A stretch of DNA of 64,000 nucleotides from Candidatus Latescibacterota bacterium (GCA_965204745.1 OZ242010.1:2144001-2208000), one strand, 5' to 3'; positions 9,038 through 18,925 are shown, counted from the stretch's first letter. The notes: generated by a model not told the origin, from the letters alone. A program made the numbers and translations.

Positions 9038-9805
9038 TTAAAGCCTGTGCATGTGGAATCCGCCATCGACCGGAATGGCTGCGCCGGTTGTGAAATCGAA
9101 ATATCCAAGGGCGATGGCTGCGACTGCTTTGCCAATGTCTTCGGGTTGTCCCCACCTGCAAATGGGGGTTAGCCCGTCGGCGATCAGGGCGTCGTATTTT
9201 TTTTTGACTGGCCCGGTCATGTCGGTCTGGATAATCCCCGGTTGAATCTCATTGACCGGGATGCCGTGTTCTGCGAGGCGGGTGGCGAACAAGCGCGTCA
9301 TCATGCTCAATCCGGCTTTTGAGACGCAGTATTCCCCGCGCGCTGTGGATGCGGTATAAGCCGAGATGGACGTAATGACGACAATGCGCGGCGTCTGAAT
9401 TTGACCGCGTTTTTTCAGCGCGATCATGTGGTTTGCCGCGTATTGGGTCAAAAAATATGGGCCTTTGAGGTTGGTATCCATCACCTCTTCGTAGCTTTCG
9501 GTCGTGGATTCGAGGATGTCGGCGCGTACCCGCGGGGCAATGCCGGCATTGTTGACGAGCATATCCAAGCGACCAAATCCATCGAGCGTCGCATCCACGA
9601 GGCGTTTGCCGTCTTCGATGCGCGTTATATCGCCCTGACAAATCCGGACGTTTCGCCCGCGTTCCCGAATCCCGGCTGCGGTTTCTTCTGCGGCTGCTCG
9701 GTTGCCCGCGTAGTTGACCAAAATGTCGTAGCCCACATCGGCGAGGCAAAATGCAATGCCCCTGCCAATGCCCCTGCTAGATCCCGTGACGAGTGCTGCT
9801 GGCAT
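9038..9805 (-). CDS. SDR family oxidoreductase (3-ketoacyl-ACP reductase-like)
   Basis: TGSSRGIG, NNAG, YCVSK, VDGG; start MPAALVTG with upstream AGGGAGG. Confidence 0.9.
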   Translation of the reverse strand: MPAALVTGSSRGIGRGIAFCLADVGYDILVNYAGNRAAAEETAAGIRERGRNVRICQGDITRIEDGKRLVDATLDGFGRLDMLVNNAGIAPRVRADILESTTESYEEVMDTNLKGPYFLTQYAANHMIALKKRGQIQTPRIVVITSISAYTASTARGEYCVSKAGLSMMTRLFATRLAEHGIPVNEIQPGIIQTDMTGPVKKKYDALIADGLTPICRWGQPEDIGKAVAAIALGYFDFTTGAAIPVDGGFHMHRL

Positions 9806-9908
9806 GTGCCCTCCCTTTTGCTGTTTGTCCAAAGTCTCTTCTCGTAAAATACCACATTGGGCGACAAGTGCAATGTATCGGCAGGCCCCATCCATGCCGC
9901 CGATTCGG

Positions 9909-9937
9909 TTGACAAATGGGCTTCCCGTGATTATACA
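9909..9937 (+). promoter_or_regulatory. putative sigma70 promoter
   Basis: TTGACA-17 nt-TATACA upstream of the HicB-like gene. Confidence 0.4.
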
Positions 9938-10015
9938 TGGGCGCAGTTGCACTCGGCGTTTTAATAAAGTGCGTTCCGGTAAAATACGTAACATCACTTA
10001 AAGGGGGATTTCGAG

Positions 10016-10396
10016 ATGAAATTTACCGCAGTGTACGGAAAAATCCCCGAAGGATACATCGGATTTGTCGCAGAATTGCCCGGTGCCAATACGCGGGGAA
10101 AAACGCTTGAAGAAGTTAGGGTAAATATCCGAGAGGCCATTGCGACGACGCTTGAGGCCAATCGCCAGATCGCGGCGGAAGCTCTTGAGGACATTCAAGA
10201 TGTGATTTACGAGTCTGTTTTTGTTCAGACAAAACACATTAGTCCGCCTACGCGAAGCGGTCAAATAGCCTCTGAAATCATTGACCAAAATAGCATAAAA
10301 AAAGGATACGCGATTCTCGATGAGATGGTCGGCTTCTGCGAATCGGACCAAACCGATGGCTCTGTCAAGTCGTTGGTTGCCTCGGATTTTGATTGA
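10016..10396 (+). CDS. HicB-family antitoxin-like protein (orphan)
   Basis: GYIGFVAELPGANTRGKTLEEVRVNIREAI is the HicB N-terminal pattern; no hicA adjacent. Confidence 0.75.
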   Translation: MKFTAVYGKIPEGYIGFVAELPGANTRGKTLEEVRVNIREAIATTLEANRQIAAEALEDIQDVIYESVFVQTKHISPPTRSGQIASEIIDQNSIKKGYAILDEMVGFCESDQTDGSVKSLVASDFD

Positions 10397-10409
10397 GAAA
10401 GGAAAACGG

Positions 10410-11153
10410 ATGCCTCGTGGTCGGTGTCATTTTGCGTTGTTGCTCGAATTGCAGGCGCGTCTGGTCCATGAAGTGCCGGAGTTGGGCGCATTAACGGCGC
10501 GCTATTTGCCGGAATTTCTGGCCGGGTCTATGGCGCCAGATGCGATGCGTTCGCTGGGCAATTTGGGCAAGTACGGGTCGCATTTTTACACGGAAGACCG
10601 CCCCGAGACCTGGGGCAAATCCGTGTCCGGCATGTTTGAAGCGCATCCCGAGCTCGCCGATAGCCAAACCTTGTCCGCGCCTGACCGCGTGTTGCTGATG
10701 GGGTATATCTCGCATCTGACCGCGGATGAGGCGTTTCGGGACGAAGTGACCATTCGCGTCCACGGCATTGAAGACTGGCGGCCCATTATTGGCGGATTGT
10801 GGTCTTATGTGGATGAGTTGCCCATCGATCATTCGAACCTCAGCCGTGTGCTGGATCGATTTGCTGGCTGTGGAAACGTGGGCTTTATCGACCGAAAAAC
10901 CACCGGTCGGTTTTTGAGACGCGCCCGCGATTGGGCCAAGAGTGCGGACCCGCTCGTTCACGAGCGGGTCTTTCTCGAGATGACCGGGCAGTCCATGTCC
11001 GATGCGGATGTGAAAAAGCGTCTCGCTGAAAACCGCGCACGGGCAGAGGCGTTTTTCGATGCGCGTGTCAAATCGCGCTTTGTCGCTGAGGCCCTCGCAC
11101 GCGCACACGATGAGATCGAGAAATTTGTCACTCGGGCTTATATAAAAAAATAG
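10410..11153 (+). CDS. zinc-dependent phospholipase C-like protein
   Basis: N-terminal His, FLAGSMAPD, SHF, GYISHLTAD. Confidence 0.6.
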   Translation: MPRGRCHFALLLELQARLVHEVPELGALTARYLPEFLAGSMAPDAMRSLGNLGKYGSHFYTEDRPETWGKSVSGMFEAHPELADSQTLSAPDRVLLMGYISHLTADEAFRDEVTIRVHGIEDWRPIIGGLWSYVDELPIDHSNLSRVLDRFAGCGNVGFIDRKTTGRFLRRARDWAKSADPLVHERVFLEMTGQSMSDADVKKRLAENRARAEAFFDARVKSRFVAEALARAHDEIEKFVTRAYIKK

Positions 11154-11160
11154 CTCATCT

Positions 11161-11186
11161 GACGGGCACGGGGCATCGCCCCTACA
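11161..11186 (-). repeat. GTAG-type REP-like palindrome
   Basis: Minus strand TGTAGGGGCGATGCCCCGTGCCCGTC; related copies near 14425, 21733, 28105, 43667, 43812, 44583, 56672. Confidence 0.65.
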
Positions 11187-11206
11187 CCCATTGCCGACCG
11201 CTGACC

Positions 11207-12319
11207 ATGAAAACGACCCACGAAATACATTATCGAAACGCGAGTAATTTGGGGAACATCCCTTCGGAAAGCGTGGATTTGGTGGTCACGTCGCCGCCGT
11301 ATCCCATGATCGCCATGTGGGATCAGGTGTTTGGTAGCCAAGACGCAACGATCCAAAAGGCATTGCACGCCGGCGATGGCATGCGGGCATATCGGTTGAT
11401 GCACGCGATCCTCGATTCGGTATGGGACGAGGTGTTCAGGGTCTTAAAGCCCGGTCGGTTTGCCTGCATCAATATCGGGGATGCAACGCGGAAACTCGGG
11501 GATGATTTTTGTCTGTATCCCAACCACGCGCGCATTTTGAATGCCCTCTTAGACATTGGATTTTCCGCACTGCCCGATATCCTCTGGCGAAAACAGACCA
11601 ATGCCCCCAATAAATTCATGGGATCGGGGATGCTGCCGGCCGGGGCTTACGTGACGCTGGAACACGAATACCTCCTCATCGTGCGAAAAGGCTCCAAACG
11701 GGAATTTATGACCGAAGCGGAAAAACAGAACCGGCGCGAAAGCGCGTTGTTTTGGGAAGAGAGAAATGTCTGGTATTCGGATATTTGGCTGGATATTCAA
11801 GGCGCCTGCCAGCGGCTTTCCGATGAGGTATCGCGCTTGCGGAGTGCGGCATTTCCATTTGAGTTGGCCTACCGCCTGATCAATATGTACTCGGTGAAAG
11901 GCGATGTGATCCTCGATCCATTTTTGGGCACGGGCACCGCGATAGCGGCTGCGATGGCTTCTGCGCGCAACAGCATCGGCGTTGAAATCGACCGCAGTTT
12001 TCAACACGCGATTCGCCCGCTCGCCCATCGCATTATGGATTTTTCAAATGGTTACTCGCGCGACCGGTTGCATAGACATTTCGCGTTTGTCGAAGATCGG
12101 CTTCAAACGTCAGGGCCATTGAAATACGCGAACGAGCATTACGGCTGTCCGGTTGTGACGCGCCAAGAACAACATATTTTGTTCAATGATTTGGAGGCTG
12201 TTCAAGAAAGGGACGACGGTAGCTTTGAAGTGGCGTATTCAGAAACCCCTCAAGACATGGCGTATTCTGAACCGGAAAACCACAGCACACCGCAACTCAA
12301 TCTGTTAAATGCGCGGTGA
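11207..12319 (+). CDS. type II DNA methyltransferase, beta class, probably N4-cytosine
   Basis: Motif IV VTSPPY precedes motif I ILDPFLGTGT. Confidence 0.9.
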   Translation: MKTTHEIHYRNASNLGNIPSESVDLVVTSPPYPMIAMWDQVFGSQDATIQKALHAGDGMRAYRLMHAILDSVWDEVFRVLKPGRFACINIGDATRKLGDDFCLYPNHARILNALLDIGFSALPDILWRKQTNAPNKFMGSGMLPAGAYVTLEHEYLLIVRKGSKREFMTEAEKQNRRESALFWEERNVWYSDIWLDIQGACQRLSDEVSRLRSAAFPFELAYRLINMYSVKGDVILDPFLGTGTAIAAAMASARNSIGVEIDRSFQHAIRPLAHRIMDFSNGYSRDRLHRHFAFVEDRLQTSGPLKYANEHYGCPVVTRQEQHILFNDLEAVQERDDGSFEVAYSETPQDMAYSEPENHSTPQLNLLNAR

Positions 12320-12347
12320 TTCCCTATTCTGCGAAGGAGGGTTATCT

Positions 12348-12923
12348 ATGCAGATCAAATTGAAAAATGCCGAGATACAAGAATACGTAAGCGCGCCTGT
12401 CCGCGAATTTCCAAAGTACACGACGCAGTTGATGAATCTCGCCAATCAAAATTCCCAGGGCACGCGACCAAAAGTTGTCGGACAACTGACCGATTTGATT
12501 CAAAAATTTCCGGGACAAACTTTCGAAGAATGGGTTGTGTGGTATCGGGAACAATATCCCGATGCGATTGACAACGCGACAGACAAAATCATCTCAATGA
12601 TAGAAAATTTCCATGTGGTCTTTCCCAAAATTGACCGAGATCTGGTTAGGTCATGGGTGGAGGATCTGGTGCTCGTCAAGACTTTTACCGGGCTCAAATT
12701 TCAGGAGGCAATTCTGAGAAAGGTATCCGAACTGAAAGGTTGCGACTACCGCTTGGCAGAACCCTATGAAGAATCCCAAGGCATAGATGGTTTCGTAGGC
12801 GAAGAAGCGTATTCGATCAAGCCCCACACCTATCGCGCCATGCCTAGTTTGGCGGAATCCATTGAGATAAAGATCATTTTTTACGAAAAAAAGAAGGACG
12901 GTGTGATAGTTGAAATACCATAG
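12348..12923 (+). CDS. MjaI-family type II restriction endonuclease
   Basis: FPKYTTQLMNLANQNSQGTRPKVVGQL, KTFTGLKFQEAIL, EESQGIDG, SIKP; AGGAGG RBS; next to MTase. Confidence 0.8.
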   Translation: MQIKLKNAEIQEYVSAPVREFPKYTTQLMNLANQNSQGTRPKVVGQLTDLIQKFPGQTFEEWVVWYREQYPDAIDNATDKIISMIENFHVVFPKIDRDLVRSWVEDLVLVKTFTGLKFQEAILRKVSELKGCDYRLAEPYEESQGIDGFVGEEAYSIKPHTYRAMPSLAESIEIKIIFYEKKKDGVIVEIP

Positions 12924-13023
12924 CTCACGCTTTCGGATCTGCCCCTTGCTTTTAACACACAAGGGCATGTTTTCGCCAGAATGACAGCGGCAGGATACCT
13001 CGCCTTTCCCGTCTCCCCTCTTG

Positions 13024-13121
13024 CCTCTCACTTCTCACTTCTCACCTCTCACTTCTCACCTCTCACTTCTCACCTCTCACTTCTCACCTCTCACTTCTCA
13101 CCTCTCACTTCTCACCTCTTA
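13024..13121. repeat. heptamer tandem repeat (TCTCACY)n
   Basis: About 13 consecutive TCTCACT/TCTCACC units between convergent genes. Confidence 0.95.
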
Positions 13122-14032
13122 CCCCCGGGCCGGGCGGCCGGGCGGGGACTGACACTACCCTTATCCATCTCCTCCCGGTCAATCCACCCCGGCAATTTGA
13201 TCTTTTCGGACATCTGCCACGCGGTCAAATAGAGGGCGATTGTGAAGCGGGCGGCTTCCTTGCCCTGTTCTTCGGCGAAGGCGCGCACCGCGGGTTCGGT
13301 TTTCCAATCCGCGTCTTTGGGCACGAGGTATTGTTCCAGTGCGAGGGCGGTGTCAACCGCTTTGGAACGCGCGTGCATCTGTGCCACAATGCCGGGCATC
13401 AAACTATCCACGGGCGCGGCGGTCAAGCCTTGTGCAAGGGCTTCTGGATCGAGGTCTAAATTTTGGAGCAGGCCGTCGATTTTCTCGTGCATGCGCGTGC
13501 GCGATGGTTCGCCATCCACAACGCGGCCGTTCCAGTGAATCGTCAGGTTGAGGGGTTGGCAAATCTCCTGGGCAAAGTGCGCGACATACCCGGCGTATAG
13601 CAAGCACTTGGTTTGGATAAACACATTCTCCGGCCACTTGCGGTACTCGGCAAATGCCAAGGCGAGTTGCTCGGTGGCTTCTGCGGTTGCGTAGGGCAGG
13701 AGCCCGACCTGCTCGGGCTTTTTGCCCAACTCGGCGCAACGCCTTCCAAACGCGAACCGAGACGCGGGCAAATCCCGTGCGTCAAACAGTTCTAGGTTGA
13801 AATAGTGGCTGGGATGCCCGGCCCGTTCCAAATGCAGGGTGCCGCGATTTTTGGCGATATCGGGATCGACTGCGGCGTGGGCCACTATGCCCGCGCCATC
13901 CCGCAAAAAAGACGGCATCTCGGGCGGCAATGCCCGAAGCGCGGCATGCGTCAAAATGCCATGCCCGCGCGGCCACCAACCCCATGCCGGACTTGCAACG
14001 ACAAACAGCACGAACAACACCAAGTAATGCAT
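13112..14032 (-). CDS. secreted S1/P1 nuclease / phospholipase C-like protein
   Basis: Signal peptide then [26 protein letters not shown]; some metal ligands look substituted. Confidence 0.65.
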   Translation of the reverse strand: MHYLVLFVLFVVASPAWGWWPRGHGILTHAALRALPPEMPSFLRDGAGIVAHAAVDPDIAKNRGTLHLERAGHPSHYFNLELFDARDLPASRFAFGRRCAELGKKPEQVGLLPYATAEATEQLALAFAEYRKWPENVFIQTKCLLYAGYVAHFAQEICQPLNLTIHWNGRVVDGEPSRTRMHEKIDGLLQNLDLDPEALAQGLTAAPVDSLMPGIVAQMHARSKAVDTALALEQYLVPKDADWKTEPAVRAFAEEQGKEAARFTIALYLTAWQMSEKIKLPGWIDREEMDKGSVSPRPAARPGGKR

Positions 14033-14312
14033 GATGACCTCCTCGTTCCGTCTAACGCCCGTCCCATTCCTCGCGTTTGACATAGTCGGCAATTTGCAAC
14101 TGCGCGGACAATCGCCACGCGGTCAAGTAAAGCCGTGCCGTGAATCGCGTTGCAGCGCGGGCGCGATCTTCTGCAAATGCGACCACCTCGGCATCTCGTT
14201 CCCAGGTTTCCGCGTCGTATTCGGGATTGCGCCGAGAAAAATAAAAATAGCGGATCGTTTGATCATAACGCCTCCAATCAGTTGGCAGGCCGCCCCGCCA
14301 TTCAACCCCGCA

Positions 14313-14560
14313 AGTGAGACGTGAGAGGCAAGAGGCAAGAGGGGAGATGGTAGTTTAGCCACAAAAGGCACAAAAGGCACAAAAGGGGTACATGGCGACA
14401 GCCAGTTCAAAGGCGAGCCGTGTGTGTAGGGGCGGTGCCCCTGTGCTCGCCCAAAGATACAAGAGGGGAGAGGGGTGGCCTTCTCACGTCTTGCCTCTCC
14501 CTTCTCACCTTTTTACGCGGTGCCCCTGTGCTCGCCCAAAGATAAGAAGCGAGACGCAAA
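14313..14560 (+). repeat. composite interspersed repeat copy
   Basis: Heptamers + TTAGCCAC(AAAAGGCAC)n + GCCAGTTCAAAGGCGAGC + GTAGGGGCGGTGCCCCTGTGCTCGCCC + AAAGATACAAGAGG. Confidence 0.85.
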
Positions 14561-14593
14561 AGGCAAGGGCGGGGTCATACATACATAAAGACA

Positions 14594-14620
14594 GCGGAGA
14601 AACGCATCGGGTTTCTCCGC
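14594..14620 (-). terminator. hairpin downstream of selC
   Basis: GCGGAGAAAC-gcatcgg-GTTTCTCCGC inverted repeat. Confidence 0.6.
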
Positions 14621-14629
14621 TTGTAGAAT

Positions 14630-14727
14630 TGGCGGGAATGTGTGGGAATCGAACCCACCAAGCGTGGGGTTAGCACGCAACAACGGGTTTGAAGCCCGCG
14701 GGGGACACCAGTTCCCCATCCACTCCC
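14630..14727 (-). tRNA. selC: tRNA-Sec (anticodon UCA)
   Basis: GGGAGTGG...GGGCTTCAAACCC, long variable arm, GTGGGTTCGATTCCCAC T-arm, GCCA end; 98 nt, directly downstream of selD. Confidence 0.95.
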
Positions 14728-14739
14728 GCCTTTTTGGGT

Positions 14740-15789
14740 TTAGGCCACGACCTCGATTTCACCGGGATGTTCTGCCACTGCTTCGCCAATATGCTTTGCC
14801 ATCACCCCTTTGGCGATGAGGGCGTTAAGGAACGCATCTGCCACGGCTGGCGCGAATGCGATCAGCAGGCCGCCCGAGGTTTGCGGATCGAAAAACAGTC
14901 GGCGCAACGGCTCATCGACCTCGGCGGCAAAGCGCACGGCTCGGCCGCGTGCGGCCCGGTTGCGGCGTAGCCCGCCGCCTTCGCGGTGCACGGCGATTTT
15001 CACCGCCAAATCAAAGCGCGGCACTTCGGACGCCCGGATGCGAAGGCCGACCGCGCTGGCCCGCGCCATTTCCAAGCCGTGCCCGAGCAAGCCAAATCCG
15101 GTGATGTCCGTGCAGGCGTGCGCGCCATACGCGACCATGGTCTCGGCGGCGACGCGATTCAGTTGCACCATCGCATCGACGGCGATTTGCAAATCCGCTT
15201 CGGAGATTTCGCCATTTTGATAGGCGTCTGACATGAGGCCCGTGCCCAAGGGTTTGGTCAAAATCAGAAGGTCGCCTGCCCGCGCGCCCGCATTGGTCTT
15301 GATCTCGTCTGGATGCGCGATACCTGTGACGGACAATCCGAACTTGGGTTCTACATCTTCCACCGAGTGCCCGCCGACGAGCACGGCGCCGGATTCCGCT
15401 ACTTTTTCCTGCGCGCCGCGCAAAATTTCCGCAATTACCTCGGGTGTGACCGCGTCGCTGGGAAACCCGCAGATATTCAGCGCGGTGACGGGACGTCCGC
15501 CCATCGCGTACACGTCGCTGAGCGAATTGGCCGCGGCGATCTGCCCGTATTGATGGGGATCATCGACAATGGGCGTGAAAAAATCCACTGTTTGAATGAG
15601 TGCCATCTCATCCGAGATCCGAAACACGCCCGCGTCGTCAGCCGTGTTCATCCCCACCATCAAATCGGGATGCGCGACTTGGGGCACGGTTTTCAAAATT
15701 GCGTCCAGCACCGCTGGATCGAGCTTGGACGCTCACCCCCCGCAACTGACCAGTTGCGTCAATTTCTTTGCGCGATTCCGCCATTTCAT
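14740..15789 (-). CDS. selD: selenide,water dikinase SelD, selenocysteine-containing (UGA at codon 19)
   Basis: In-frame extension MKWRNRAKKLTQLVSCGG(U)ASKLDP; DDAGV, TVDFFTP, SDVYAMGG, TDITGFGLLGH, DPQTSGGLL. Confidence 0.95.
15701..15732 (-). promoter_or_regulatory. candidate bacterial SECIS element
   Basis: Immediately 3' of UGA (15733-15735): hairpin TCCAGC-GGT-GCTGGA with G-first apical loop about 20 nt from the UGA. Confidence 0.7.
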
Positions 15790-15802
15790 TTGTCGATAGC
15801 CT

Positions 15803-16762
15803 CTATCCGTAAAGATGTGCCACGTATTCGCCGTAGCCATTGTAGAGTTGGGTGGGGACGCGGTCAGTCGTGCCGATCAGGCGTTCGGTTGCTTGGGACC
15901 AGCGCGGGTGTGGGATGTTGGGGTTGACGTTGGCCCAGAAGTCGTATTCCGCGGGCGCCAGTTTGTTCCAAAACGTGGGGGGTTGCTGTTTGGTGAACGC
16001 GATCTTCACAATGGACTTGATGCTCTTGAACCCGTATTTCCAAGGCGTGACCAAGCGAATGGGCGCGCCGTGTTGTTTGGGCAAGGCGTGACCGTAGATG
16101 CCCGTGGCGAGCAAGGTCAGTTCATTTGTGGCTTCTTCCATCGTCAGCCCCTCGAAATACGGCCACGGGTACCACGACTGCGCTTTGATGCCCGGCGCTT
16201 GTTCTGGGCGGTGGAACGTCACCATCCGCACGTACTTGGCCGCGGAGGTGGGTTGGACGTAGTCGATCAACGCCTTCATGGGAAAGCCGGTCCACGGCAC
16301 GGTCATGGCCCAGGCTTCCACGCACCGGAAGCGGTACACGCGCTCTTCCAACTCAAAGCGTTTGTACAAATCATCGAGATCGTAAGTGCCGGGTTTTTCC
16401 ACAAATCCCGAAATCTCGATCTGCCAGGGATGGACTTCAAATTTGTCCGTCAACTCGTGGACCTTGCCCTTGTTGGTGGTAAATTCGTAAAAATTATTGT
16501 AGCGCGCGGCGACCTTCTCCCGCGTCAATTCCCGCGTCACAGTGTACTTCTCATTGCGCGTTGCCGGATACAAGCCCGGCAACGAGGGGGGCACTTCCAC
16601 CACAAACTCGTCTTCTGCTGCGGCACAGCCGGGGCCGAGAACCGCGCTCGCGCCTGCAACGCCCATCGCCTGCATAAACCGCCGGCGATTCATGTACACC
16701 TGTTCGGCCGTAGCCGCGCTTTCGGGCAGGTGCCAGCCTTTGGGAATGTGGATAAACGCCAT
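15803..16762 (-). CDS. msrP: protein-methionine-sulfoxide reductase catalytic subunit MsrP (YedY)
   Basis: Tat signal NRRRF, YNNFYEF, RFRCVEAW, GAPIRLVTPWKYGFKSIKSI, HPRWSQA. Confidence 0.95.
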   Translation of the reverse strand: MAFIHIPKGWHLPESAATAEQVYMNRRRFMQAMGVAGASAVLGPGCAAAEDEFVVEVPPSLPGLYPATRNEKYTVTRELTREKVAARYNNFYEFTTNKGKVHELTDKFEVHPWQIEISGFVEKPGTYDLDDLYKRFELEERVYRFRCVEAWAMTVPWTGFPMKALIDYVQPTSAAKYVRMVTFHRPEQAPGIKAQSWYPWPYFEGLTMEEATNELTLLATGIYGHALPKQHGAPIRLVTPWKYGFKSIKSIVKIAFTKQQPPTFWNKLAPAEYDFWANVNPNIPHPRWSQATERLIGTTDRVPTQLYNGYGEYVAHLYG

Positions 16763-16783
16763 GTTTGCCTCCGCTGTTTTGGG

Positions 16784-18076
16784 TTACCGCTGATCGATAG
16801 ATACGTAATCGTGCGCATCTTCGCCGGTGTAAATCTGGCGCGGCCGGGCGATTTTTAGGTCGGGATCCCCGAGCATTTCCCTCCACTGCGCCAGCCAGCC
16901 ACACGACCGACCCACGGCGAATAACACGGTCATCATCCGCGTGGGCAAGCCCATGGCCTGATAGATGATCCCAGAATAAAAATCCACATTGGGATACAAG
17001 TTGTGCGACACAAAATAGTCGTTTTCAAGCGCGACCCGCTCCAGTTCGAGCGCGATGTCGATCAGGGGATTTTTGCCCGTGACCTCAAACACATCGTACG
17101 CGACCTGTTTGATGATCTTCGCGCGCGGATCGTAATTGGCGTACACGCGATGTCCAAATCCCTGCAAGCGCAGTTCGCGGTCCGCCACCACGCGGTCGAT
17201 ATAATCCGCCACGTTATCCACCGAGCCGACCTCGTCGAGCATCTTCAGCACGGCCTCATTCGCGCCCCCGTGCGCCGGGCCGTAGAGCGCGGCGGCGGCG
17301 CCGGCCATTGCGGAGTAGGGATCTGCCCCGCCGCTGGCAATGCCGCGCATGGTGCTCGTGGAACAATTTTGCTCGTGATCCGCGTGCAAAATCAGCAACA
17401 CGTCCAACGCGCGCTCGAGAACGGGATCGACCTCGCCGAACAACATCTTCAGAAAGTTGCCGCAAAACCCCAAGTCCGGATCGGGCGGGACATGGGACAG
17501 GCCCGCGCTGCGCCGATGCACGGCCGCGCCCAGACTTGCCACATGGCCGATTAGGCGACAGATATGCCGGTCTTGCGCGTCTTCGGTTGCAAAATCGCGC
17601 ACGTCATCGCAAAACACGGATAGGGACCCCAACGCGCCCACCAGCATGCCCATCGCGTGGCCCCCTACGGGAAATCCTCGGACAAAAGACAGCACATCCT
17701 CTGACACCAGGGTTTGCGAATTGACGCGCTCGGCAAATGCGTTCAACTGATCGCGGGTGGGCAGCGCGCCATAAATCAGCAAATAAGCCACTTCGAGGTA
17801 AGTCGATTGCTCGGCCAGTTGCTCGATGGGATAGCCGCGATAGCGCAAAATCCCCTTTTCCCCGTCGATGTACGTAATCGCGCTTTTGCAAGACGCCGTG
17901 TTGAGATAGGCCGGGTCGTATCCCAAAAGCCCAAAATCCGCGTCCTCGCGTTTGATATTTCGCAAACCCGCTGTCCACACATAAGCGCCGTCTGCGGCAT
18001 ACGTCCCGTAATCGATGGGGAGTTCAAACGGGTTGTCCGTCCGATTATCCGTACCTATAAGCATTTCCTGACGCAT
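16784..18076 (-). CDS. gltA: citrate synthase
   Basis: SAITYIDG..G.LRYRGY, LHADHEQNCST, HGGANE, GFGHRVY, YPNVDFYSG. Confidence 0.95.
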   Translation of the reverse strand: MRQEMLIGTDNRTDNPFELPIDYGTYAADGAYVWTAGLRNIKREDADFGLLGYDPAYLNTASCKSAITYIDGEKGILRYRGYPIEQLAEQSTYLEVAYLLIYGALPTRDQLNAFAERVNSQTLVSEDVLSFVRGFPVGGHAMGMLVGALGSLSVFCDDVRDFATEDAQDRHICRLIGHVASLGAAVHRRSAGLSHVPPDPDLGFCGNFLKMLFGEVDPVLERALDVLLILHADHEQNCSTSTMRGIASGGADPYSAMAGAAAALYGPAHGGANEAVLKMLDEVGSVDNVADYIDRVVADRELRLQGFGHRVYANYDPRAKIIKQVAYDVFEVTGKNPLIDIALELERVALENDYFVSHNLYPNVDFYSGIIYQAMGLPTRMMTVLFAVGRSCGWLAQWREMLGDPDLKIARPRQIYTGEDAHDYVSIDQR

Positions 18077-18100
18077 CAAAAACTCCTTTCAAATCGCGAT

Positions 18101-18727
18101 TTACACCATCACTTGATAGATTGTACACGGGCTGTCACTATCGGGTTGCATCGCATTGACCGCGCTGAAAACCTCTTGCAGTGCGCGATCATAAGTCGCC
18201 TGGCCCGCGCAAAGCGCGAGTGCGCCGCCGGTTCGCAGGCGCGTTTGCAACACGCGCAACATCGACAAACTCGCCACCCGATCTAGCCCGGTGTCGATGT
18301 GCATCGCAATTCCGTGGTAATTGCGCGGCACGGCCCGAACATACCCGCAAAAGTCGCCCAGGACGAGTTCGACCCGCGCATCGTTTAGCAAATCGGCATT
18401 GTTCAAATAGGTGCGGTTCCACGCGACAATGCGCGGTTCGATTTCTATGACGCAAACGGATTGCACGGCGCGGTGTTTGAGCACTTGCCGCAGGGTTCTG
18501 CCAAGGCCAAGCCCGCCGATCAACACGTCTGCATATCGCTGCGTTGCGGGGATGCCACAGAGCGCGAGGTCCGCCAGTGCGATTTCCAAGTTGGATTGGC
18601 TCTGCGCCATCACACACCCATTGATGGAGAGCACATGGTGCGTCTGCGCGCCCACAACAGCCGCTTCGAGCTGAAAATGCCCATTCCGCGTCTGTGCCGA
18701 AGCCAAAATGTGTCGCCCGTTGTCCAT
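18101..18727 (-). CDS. spermidine synthase-like SAM-binding protein
   Basis: VLIGGLGLGRTL, VIEIEP.IVAWN, DARVELVLGD. Confidence 0.7.
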   Translation of the reverse strand: MDNGRHILASAQTRNGHFQLEAAVVGAQTHHVLSINGCVMAQSQSNLEIALADLALCGIPATQRYADVLIGGLGLGRTLRQVLKHRAVQSVCVIEIEPRIVAWNRTYLNNADLLNDARVELVLGDFCGYVRAVPRNYHGIAMHIDTGLDRVASLSMLRVLQTRLRTGGALALCAGQATYDRALQEVFSAVNAMQPDSDSPCTIYQVMV

Positions 18728-18778
18728 CGCACCCTTTTCGCAACATGCCATTTGAACAGGGCTTACAATATAGAAGCG

Positions 18779-18915
18779 TAAGAGGTAAGACGCAAGACGT
18801 AAGAGGGGAGGCGCAAGAGGGGAGACGCAAGAGGTGAGAGGTGAGACGGGAGAGGTGAGACGGGAGAGGTGAGACGGGAGAGGTGAGACGGGAGAGGTGA
18901 GACGGGAGACGCAAG
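18779..18915. repeat. heptamer-based tandem repeat (GAGAGGT GAGACGG)n
   Basis: Five near-perfect 14-mers plus degenerate heptamers; same family as 13024-13121 on the other strand. Confidence 0.95.
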
Positions 18916-18925
18916 AAGGCCATCG

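Noticed and set aside
13024-13121. Possible CRISPR array in the tandem repeats (also 18779-18915)
   Set aside because: Contiguous 7/14-nt units with no unique spacers and no cas genes
12981-13232. ORFs rich in SHLSPLT (also 18189-18992, 43761-44000, and 5' extensions of 20324-21796 and 21783-28208)
   Set aside because: Translations of the heptamer/composite repeats, not credible proteins
14740-15735. selD as a pseudogene with a premature stop
   Set aside because: TGA sits at the catalytic Cys/Sec position, is followed by a SECIS-like hairpin, and tRNA-Sec is adjacent
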